Origin: a candidate division WWE3 bacterium
GTDB lineage: Bacteria > Patescibacteriota > WWE3 > UBA101185 > UBA10185
Assembly: GCA_012798115.1 (NCBI GenBank)
Contig: JAAZNV010000006.1
Coordinates: forward strand, 155,971-219,970
Reading direction: 5' to 3'
DNA: 64,000 nucleotides
In this document: in pieces, positions 20,124-26,490 of the stretch
Numbering within the stretch: position 1 is the stretch's first letter
How the letters are laid out: each line of letters begins with the position of its first letter
The notes under the pieces: model-generated
What the model saw: only the letters and a program-made list of their open reading frames with translations
Told to the model about the DNA's origin: nothing
Database searches by the model: none
Program-made: the position numbers and the translations under genes

Positions 20124-20669
20124 TTACTGGTTGCACAGTTCCTGAAATTTCAGCATTTGATAGTAAAGGGATTTTAATGAATTGTAGTATTCTTGGTCGG
20201 GGTTCTGATAGTATGTATCCCTAGAATTTGGCTGTTTCTCTTTGGCAGAGCGCCATCTATAGCATCCATCGGGCAACTTCTTTGGATTGCCACTATTAAT
20301 ATATTTTATTGCACAGCCTGATATACCATTCGCAAACATTTCATCAGCCTTCTCATAGAAAATTTGATACATCCTAACGTACGTTAGGCATGCCCAAAGC
20401 TTATTTTGAAACTCGTCTTTTGTCTTTACAAGGTCAGTATTACTCTGCTCCAATCTCGTAATTCTATTCTGCAAATCTTGGATATGTTCATTTATGGAAT
20501 TATTTGTCTCATTGTAGGACTTGTTATATGTCTTATAAGCTCTAAATGCGTAGTAACTAACTATACAAGTTATACCTACAAGCATTATTGTGATAATAAC
20601 AACTCTAAAAGCCTTGCCCTTAATCAGGTTTGTAATAAAATTTTTAATTTCTGCTAGTTTATTTTTCAT
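20124..20669 (-). CDS. Membrane-anchored coiled-coil protein with a Cys/Tyr-rich C-terminus. Hypothetical.
   Basis: 'FRVVIITIMLVGITCIVSYYAF' forms an N-terminal transmembrane segment. It is followed by the heptad-like 'IQDLQNRITRLEQSNTDLVKTKDEFQNKL' and then 'GCAIKY...DGCYRWR'. Confidence 0.55.
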   Translation of the reverse strand: MKNKLAEIKNFITNLIKGKAFRVVIITIMLVGITCIVSYYAFRAYKTYNKSYNETNNSINEHIQDLQNRITRLEQSNTDLVKTKDEFQNKLWACLTYVRMYQIFYEKADEMFANGISGCAIKYINSGNPKKLPDGCYRWRSAKEKQPNSRDTYYQNPDQEYYNSLKSLYYQMLKFQELCNQ

Positions 20670-20713
20670 ATTATTATCTTACTACTTCTATTTAGGCGGT
20701 GGGTAATAGCACT

Positions 20714-20744
20714 CTCTGGCTGAGCATGTCGGTCTAGAACCAAA
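20714..20744. repeat. Short repeated element, copy 2 ('CTGGCTGAGCATGTCGGTCTAGAACCA'), just 3' of the SEC-C gene.
   Basis: Seen by direct alignment with copy 1. Confidence 0.45.
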
Positions 20745-20758
20745 ATGAAATTATTCTT

Positions 20759-21571
20759 CTAATGTGCCTTACCGTGGCATCTCTTATACTTTTTCCCGCT
20801 ACCACATGGGCAAGGTTTATTACGTCCAACCTCAATAATATCGCTGCCAGTCGGTTTTTTAGCTTGTTCTAGGAAAATTCCAGCTGCGCCAATCATGAGA
20901 CCACTTTGATTAGTAATCTTCTTTGTAGGATAAGATGGAATCAACGTCCATAGTAATTCATGACCAATCTGTCGTATGCTCGCTAACTCGGCGCCAGTTA
21001 GATCAGTCCAATTTCTGCCATCATTACTAACTTTCCAACCCAGAGAATTCTGTCGAGTGAGCTCAATGTACTTCTTTTCAAGCTCTGGGTCGACATGAGC
21101 ACCTCCGTCCTGGTTTGCCACATATAGCACAATATCTTTTCTGGTAAAGCTGTTGCTATTAGCGTCAGTAAATATTTCCTCATGCCAATAATCATCGAAA
21201 TTGAGCATCCTGGTTTGGCCAAATGGTAGATCATCCAAATATGGAGTATATCCGCTTTTACTACCCGAAGCTATTGCTAGGAGAGCAGAGTAACTACCGA
21301 CTCGAACCATATTTGGTTTGTCTTCTTTTGGCACAGCAGTACTTAAAAATTTACCAGATTTCAATCCAAGCTGACTAAGTAAAGAATGGGATTTTAGTGT
21401 GTCATGGACGAGAATGCGTATGCATGTAGCCATTGGCTTGGCCATTAGGGTATTCCCAGTATCGTATGCATCAGCCAAACGACTTAATAACTCGAGCTGT
21501 TCATCTAAATTTCTCTTTAATTCGACTTGTGTCTGCCTAATATTAGTCATACTATACCTGGCTGAGTACAT
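20759..21571 (-). CDS. Protein with a C-terminal SEC-C zinc-binding motif and an uncharacterised N-terminal domain.
   Basis: The C-terminal '[16 protein letters not shown]' matches the SEC-C motif (as in the SecA C-terminus and YecA). The N-terminal ~240 aa match no family I recognise. An alternative start is the ATG at 21550. Confidence 0.6.
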   Translation of the reverse strand: MYSARYSMTNIRQTQVELKRNLDEQLELLSRLADAYDTGNTLMAKPMATCIRILVHDTLKSHSLLSQLGLKSGKFLSTAVPKEDKPNMVRVGSYSALLAIASGSKSGYTPYLDDLPFGQTRMLNFDDYWHEEIFTDANSNSFTRKDIVLYVANQDGGAHVDPELEKKYIELTRQNSLGWKVSNDGRNWTDLTGAELASIRQIGHELLWTLIPSYPTKKITNQSGLMIGAAGIFLEQAKKPTGSDIIEVGRNKPCPCGSGKKYKRCHGKAH

Positions 21572-21585
21572 AGATCTAGAACCAC
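21557..21585. repeat. Short repeated element, copy 1 ('CTGGCTGAG...TAGATCTAGAACCA'), just 3' of the STAS-like gene.
   Basis: It shares about 22 of 27 nt with the copy at 20716-20744 and contains the palindromes TAGATCTA and TCTAGA. Confidence 0.45.
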
Positions 21586-21601
21586 GCTGACTGCTGATAA
21601 A

Positions 21602-21889
21602 TCAATGTCTGGGATTTCCAAGTCTCAGCTTTTTAAGTAGTTCAAGAGTAGTTTTAACTGATAGGTTTTCGTCGTTTACAAAATGAACACGATTGCCAAA
21701 TCTGTCGATCAGATTAGTAATGAATTCATCTGCCCAGGAAGGTGTGAAAGTGGTAACACCTTCAAAATCAATATCCAATACTTCGTTTTCAGACATATTT
21801 CTCAACAATGGTTCTATGGCTGCAAGTGCCTCACGCCCATCCTGTCTTGATGTTAGAAGATCTCCAAATTTTTTAAGTTCTATTTTCAT
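21602..21889 (-). CDS. Small STAS-like protein (anti-sigma-factor-antagonist-like). It resembles the DUF4325 family from memory.
   Basis: It is 95 aa, and 'EVLDIDFEGVTTFTPSWADEFITNLIDRFG' resembles the conserved core of DUF4325/STAS-like partners of GHKL kinases. It sits 9 nt downstream of the ATPase gene. Confidence 0.55.
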   Translation of the reverse strand: MKIELKKFGDLLTSRQDGREALAAIEPLLRNMSENEVLDIDFEGVTTFTPSWADEFITNLIDRFGNRVHFVNDENLSVKTTLELLKKLRLGNPRH

Positions 21890-21898
21890 ATTTTTTAC

Positions 21899-22627
21899 TT
21901 AAAATTTAATTAATGCTAAACAGCCACTATAATACAACTCAGTTTTGTATATCTCCATCTTTTTAACTTCGTTATTATCGTTATTAATAGAAACTTTAGC
22001 GCCACCACTGTAGAAGTTTATTTCAATAGCTTTGTTTAATGCTACCTCTAGCACAAATTTAAGCCCATTTCCCCTTGCCTCAGGAGATCTACCTGAGATA
22101 ACTTCAGTAAATGCAACATGCAAAGCATCTTCATCATTTCTAACATCTGGCTTTACTCTCTTTAGCGTCCTTAAGATGCCCTGTCCTCTGTCTGCTAGGG
22201 CTATTTGTCTTTTGTTTGTGTCATACGAAAAGAATACTCCTGAAATATCCGGCCAGTTTCCTAGATTATGATCAAATGAATTATTTCCTATCTCTCCCGC
22301 TATGGCAACAATAAGTGGGTAATACTCTTTTAGATCCTGTAACTTTTCTAGAGCACTTTGTAGTTTTGAAAGTCTTCCTTTGAATTCTGAGCTAGTTGGA
22401 CAATAAAATGTGTTTTCTGGTTCTATTGCAGGACCTAACACCCACTCTGTTGCTAAAGCAAATATATCCTTCTTAAATAATTCTAAATCTGTCTGGGAAT
22501 AGTAACGGTGGCCACCTACACTCTTTTTAGCGGGTAGTTTTCCACTTTTATCCCAGCGTCTAAGTGTAGCGATTGATATACTTAGTTGTTTAGCAGCTTT
22601 GCTTATTGTTAGGTTGTCGTTTGTCAT
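21899..22627 (-). CDS. MerR-type HTH fused to a GHKL (HATPase_c, RsbW/SpoIIAB-like) kinase/ATPase domain.
   Basis: The N-terminal 'ISKAAKQLSISIATLRRWDKSGKL' is a MerR-like HTH. The N-box 'AGEIGNNSFDH', G1 'ADRGQGI' and G2 'ARGNGLKFV' are arranged as in anti-sigma-factor kinases. Start taken at ATG 22627, because the listed start at 22639 is a TTG. Confidence 0.65.
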   Translation of the reverse strand: MTNDNLTISKAAKQLSISIATLRRWDKSGKLPAKKSVGGHRYYSQTDLELFKKDIFALATEWVLGPAIEPENTFYCPTSSEFKGRLSKLQSALEKLQDLKEYYPLIVAIAGEIGNNSFDHNLGNWPDISGVFFSYDTNKRQIALADRGQGILRTLKRVKPDVRNDEDALHVAFTEVISGRSPEARGNGLKFVLEVALNKAIEINFYSGGAKVSINNDNNEVKKMEIYKTELYYSGCLALIKF

Positions 22628-22689
22628 AAATCTATACAATATTTATATCACAATGGATAAATCTATGCAATATTCGTCAAATCTATGCA
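22628..22689. promoter_or_regulatory. Three direct repeats 'AAATCTAT(A/G)CA' in the leader/promoter of the HTH-GHKL gene. Putative operator.
   Basis: Copies lie at 22628-22638, 22659-22669 and 22679-22689, spaced 31 and 20 bp apart. The first abuts the start codon. Confidence 0.4.
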
Positions 22690-22968
22690 TGTTTCTGTCT
22701 TTGTCTATCAACAAAATGTGTTTCAGACTACACAGCACCGTAAGCCTTCGATATAGTTGGGTCTTAAAGACTAGGACTTATATACCTTCTATAACTCTTA
22801 TGATCGTTCCCTTAATATTCTTTGGAAACTTTGAGGAAATCTCTATAATTAACAAAAATGTTAACTTTGACGGAACATGTTTCTATGTTTTACCTATAGG
22901 TAAAAAGTTCTATATTTAGATAAAAACAGGCAATTTTCCCTGATATACTCTATAATTAAGAAGTAGTC

Positions 22969-24186
22969 ATGTCTAAAAGTATGCAGAATTACAATATAAT
23001 CTGCCTGTCCAACCAACTTTGGGATTTTCCTTTATGGACGAATAAACGTCATGTTATGGGTAGAATGCCAAAATTTGGAAATAATGTTCTTTTTGTAGAT
23101 CCTCCAATTAGAATTGGAAGAGTTTTCTTTAAGTATTTGTTGAAGGGGAAGTGGCCTTTATCCAGAATACTGACAAAAAGAATGAAAACAAAAGAAGGCG
23201 TAGTTGTGTTTACTCCTTTAAGCCTTTCTTTATCAAAATTTACATCCTTAAAACATGCTAAGGATATAAATAAAATATCATCAAAAGTATTTGATAAAAA
23301 CAAAAAGACTATCCTTTGGGTATACCATGTTGAAATTCCAGGTCTTGAAAATTACTTAAGAAACATCAAACATGACTTCTTAGTTTATGATTGTGTTGAT
23401 AATTATGAAGCCTTTCCAAAGTATAATACTCCTGAAAAAAGAAAATTTATTGCAAGTCAAGAAAAGCTTTTAGCATCTCGTGCAAATATTGTTTTTGCTA
23501 CAACTCCTGGTCTTGTTGATAAACTTAAGAAATATAATTTAAACTCTCACTTTGCTCCTAATGTTGGAGACTATGAAAGATACTTTGGCCTAAAAGATAA
23601 GAAGTTTAGCACGCCTGAAGATTTAAATGGTATAAAACATCCAATAATTGGCTTTACTGGTGCTGTTGATGAGTATAAATTTGATAAGGAGTTGTTCAAG
23701 AAAGTTGCTCTTGATTATCCGACGTACTCATTTGTAATTGTTGGTCCAATGGCATTAAAAGATAAATCCTCCTCTAAAAAGGATTTAGGTTTAGATTGTA
23801 TTAAGAATGTATATTTCCTAGGAGCAAAAGAATATCCAGAACTCCCAAGATACATAGCTTCGTTTGATGAAATGATCATTCCATATCAGCTTAATAGTTA
23901 TACTGTTGCTGGTTGTTTTCCTGTAAAGTTTTGGGATTATCTTGCTGCAGGTCTTCCTGTTGTTGTTACAGATCTTCCAGCATATACACCTTTTGCAAAC
24001 GTTTGTTACATCTCTAGAAATTCAAATGAATTTTCACAGAATATTAGGAGAGCCTTAGAAGAAGATAATCTAGAAAGAATAAAGCAAAGACAGATTATTG
24101 CTAAAGAAAACACATGGGAAGGTAAGGTGTTAAAAATGTTATCTTTAGTAGAAGATTCTATGCATGTGAAAAATACAACGAAATGA
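22969..24186 (+). CDS. GT-B fold glycosyltransferase (GT1/GT4-like).
   Basis: 'IIGFTGAVDEYKFDKELF', 'FVIVGP' and 'VAGCFPVKFWDYLAAGLPVVVTDLPAY' are present. Confidence 0.5.
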   Translation: MSKSMQNYNIICLSNQLWDFPLWTNKRHVMGRMPKFGNNVLFVDPPIRIGRVFFKYLLKGKWPLSRILTKRMKTKEGVVVFTPLSLSLSKFTSLKHAKDINKISSKVFDKNKKTILWVYHVEIPGLENYLRNIKHDFLVYDCVDNYEAFPKYNTPEKRKFIASQEKLLASRANIVFATTPGLVDKLKKYNLNSHFAPNVGDYERYFGLKDKKFSTPEDLNGIKHPIIGFTGAVDEYKFDKELFKKVALDYPTYSFVIVGPMALKDKSSSKKDLGLDCIKNVYFLGAKEYPELPRYIASFDEMIIPYQLNSYTVAGCFPVKFWDYLAAGLPVVVTDLPAYTPFANVCYISRNSNEFSQNIRRALEEDNLERIKQRQIIAKENTWEGKVLKMLSLVEDSMHVKNTTK

Positions 24187-25349
24187 AGATACTTTACGTT
24201 TTAAATTCAAGTAAATATGGTGGGATGGAATGGCATGTTTATGATCTTATTAAAGGAATGATTCAAAAAGGCCATGAAGTTTTTGTATGGTGTCCTGGAG
24301 GTGTAATGAGTGATGCTTATTCTAGTTTAGGGGCAAAAACTTTTAATAAGGAAATATTAAAAGATATTGATTTAAAGTATATTAGTGAGTTGTCTTTGTT
24401 TATTAAAGAAAATAACATTGATATTGTTCATGCTCATGAGCTAAAAGCAGCCTCAAATGCTCTTCTTGCAGGGAACAAAGCAAAAGTTAAAGTTTTGATT
24501 ACTCACACTCACACTCCAATATCAGAATGGAAAATACCTGAATTTAAGAAGAAGATAAATGAAAAAGTTTACAGTTACTTAGTTAATAGGTACTCAAGCT
24601 CTGAGATAGCTCTTACTAAATCTAAGAAAAAGGCAAAAATGAAAGAAGGAATAAAAGAAAACAAACTTACTGTTATTCCAAATGGTCTTGAGACCTTAAA
24701 GTTTAACGTTAGTCCCAACCAAAGAGCAGATTATGCAGAAGAAATTAGGAGTAAATACAATATCCCCAAGACAGCATTTGTTTTTGGTAATGTTGGAAGG
24801 CTTACCGAGGAAAAAGGAATAGATGTTTTGATTAAAGCTTTTAGCAAATTTTTAAAATCTGATTTATTTCATCAAAGAGACTTTTATCTTTTAATTGCTG
24901 GGGGAGGTAAACTTGAAGAATCTTTAAAACAATTAACACAAGAACTTAATCTTGATGGAAAAGTTTTTATTACTGGTGCTTTTGATGATCACGATAAGGT
25001 AAAATATTATTGTTCTTTTGATGCATTTGTGTTTCCTTCTCTTGCAGAAGGATTTGGAATTGTTCTTCTTGAAGCTTTGTATATGGGCCTTCCTACTGTT
25101 TGTTCTAATCTTGAAGTGTTAGAAGAAGTTGGGGGTGATAGTGTAAAGTACTTTGAAGCTGGAAATGATATCTTGTTGTCTAAGGCCATGATTGATGAAT
25201 ATGAAATATCAAGTAAAGATGGAAAATCCGTATCTGATAGATCTAAACTACGAGTTGAATCTTTGTACTCCATGGAAAAGTTTGTTAGTAATTACTTAAA
25301 TTTATATACAAAGTTAATGGAGGAAGCTGCAGCTAAGAGGAAGAAATAA
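24183..25349 (+). CDS. GT4 glycosyltransferase.
   Basis: 'FGNVGRLTEEKGIDVLIKAF', 'LLIAGGGKLEE' and 'FPSLAEGFGIVLLEALYMGLPTVCS' are present. Confidence 0.8.
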   Translation: MKILYVLNSSKYGGMEWHVYDLIKGMIQKGHEVFVWCPGGVMSDAYSSLGAKTFNKEILKDIDLKYISELSLFIKENNIDIVHAHELKAASNALLAGNKAKVKVLITHTHTPISEWKIPEFKKKINEKVYSYLVNRYSSSEIALTKSKKKAKMKEGIKENKLTVIPNGLETLKFNVSPNQRADYAEEIRSKYNIPKTAFVFGNVGRLTEEKGIDVLIKAFSKFLKSDLFHQRDFYLLIAGGGKLEESLKQLTQELNLDGKVFITGAFDDHDKVKYYCSFDAFVFPSLAEGFGIVLLEALYMGLPTVCSNLEVLEEVGGDSVKYFEAGNDILLSKAMIDEYEISSKDGKSVSDRSKLRVESLYSMEKFVSNYLNLYTKLMEEAAAKRKK

Positions 25350-25352
25350 CTT

Positions 25353-26489
25353 ATGAAAGGTATGAAGGTATTAATGTTAGGAAGAATAGGCTTAATGAAG
25401 GCAAGAGGAGGGGATAGAATTCAAGTTGAAAATACTGCTTCTGAGCTTAGAAAACTTGGCGTTGATGTAGATATTAAAACAAATATGAAGTTTAACCCTT
25501 GGGAATATGATCTAGTACATATTTTTCAGCTTGATTGGACACCTGAAACTTATCTTTATGCTAAGAAAGTTAAAAAATACAATAAACCTATTGTTCTTTC
25601 TCCTATTCATCATAGTGTTGAAGAAGTAAAGAAATTTGATGATGAATTTGTTTTTGATTTTAGGAGATTATCTAAAGTTTTGTTTAAAGATCAATTCAGA
25701 AGAGATACTTTTAAAAATATATACAGATCTTTTTTTAATCCAAGAATGATTGTTCCAACGCTTTATAGTATCTTTATTGGATTTAAAAATATGCAAAAAA
25801 GAACCTTGAATATGGTAGATGTTGTGCTGGTTCAAACCGTAAAAGAAGCTGAAGATTTGAAGAAAACATTTAATGTGGATTTTAAGTGGCATAAAGTGCT
25901 AAATGGTGTAGGAAAAGCTTTTATTGATTCAAAGGAGTATAAAAATAAATTTAGTTTTGAAGACTATATTATATGTGTAGGAAGGATAGAGCCTAGAAAG
26001 AATCAGTTAAGTGTGATAGAAGCAGTAAAAAGATTTAGGGAGGAAGAGAAGAAAGATGTGCAGCTTGTCCTTATAGGTCAAATGAGCTTAATTAAACATT
26101 TTGAATTTAACTACTTAATTAAGAAGTGCTTTAAGAAGTATAGATGGATTCATCATGTTAACGGTGTTTCTTATTCTGATATGCCTTCTTATTATCACTT
26201 TGCAAAGGTTTGTGTATCAGCAAGTTGGTTTGAAACAACAGGGTTAACTAGCCTTGAAGCTTTATATTGTGGAACAAATTCTGTGGCTGCAGGACTGCGA
26301 GCTAAAGAATATCTTGGAGGGTATGCTTCATTTTGCAAGCCTGATGATGTTAATTCCATTAAAGATGCTATTAAGAAAGAATACTATGCCTCAAGACCTG
26401 TAATTAATGACAAAATTAAGGAAGAATATACTTGGAGCAACGCAGCAAAGAAGACTTTTGAGGTTTATAATGAAGTTCTAAAGATGTAA
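25353..26489 (+). CDS. GT4-like glycosyltransferase.
   Basis: 'ICVGRIEPRKNQLSVIEAV', 'LVLIGQMS' and 'WFETTGLTSLEALYCGTNSVAA' are present. Confidence 0.55.
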   Translation: MKGMKVLMLGRIGLMKARGGDRIQVENTASELRKLGVDVDIKTNMKFNPWEYDLVHIFQLDWTPETYLYAKKVKKYNKPIVLSPIHHSVEEVKKFDDEFVFDFRRLSKVLFKDQFRRDTFKNIYRSFFNPRMIVPTLYSIFIGFKNMQKRTLNMVDVVLVQTVKEAEDLKKTFNVDFKWHKVLNGVGKAFIDSKEYKNKFSFEDYIICVGRIEPRKNQLSVIEAVKRFREEEKKDVQLVLIGQMSLIKHFEFNYLIKKCFKKYRWIHHVNGVSYSDMPSYYHFAKVCVSASWFETTGLTSLEALYCGTNSVAAGLRAKEYLGGYASFCKPDDVNSIKDAIKKEYYASRPVINDKIKEEYTWSNAAKKTFEVYNEVLKM

Positions 26490-26490
26490 T

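Larger units (their letters stand above)
20041..22968 (-). other. Compositionally distinct inserted cassette of four genes plus regulatory repeats. No integrase or transposase is present.
   Basis: Sampled 60-nt windows are about 40 to 45% GC, against about 33 to 35% in flanking glycan genes. The cassette runs in the opposite orientation to the surrounding plus-strand glycosyltransferase genes. Confidence 0.5.

Noticed and set aside
22599-22919. A 106-aa plus-strand ORF in the cassette and glycosyltransferase intergenic region.
   Set aside because: It overlaps the promoter and operator repeats of the HTH-GHKL gene. It is very AT-rich and hydrophobic, with no ribosome-binding site. It is better explained as a regulatory region.
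20041-22968. Calling the cassette a mobile element or genomic island with defined ends.
   Set aside because: No integrase, transposase, tRNA attachment site or flanking direct repeats were found. Only a compositional shift and the internal repeated element are present. I labelled it 'other'.
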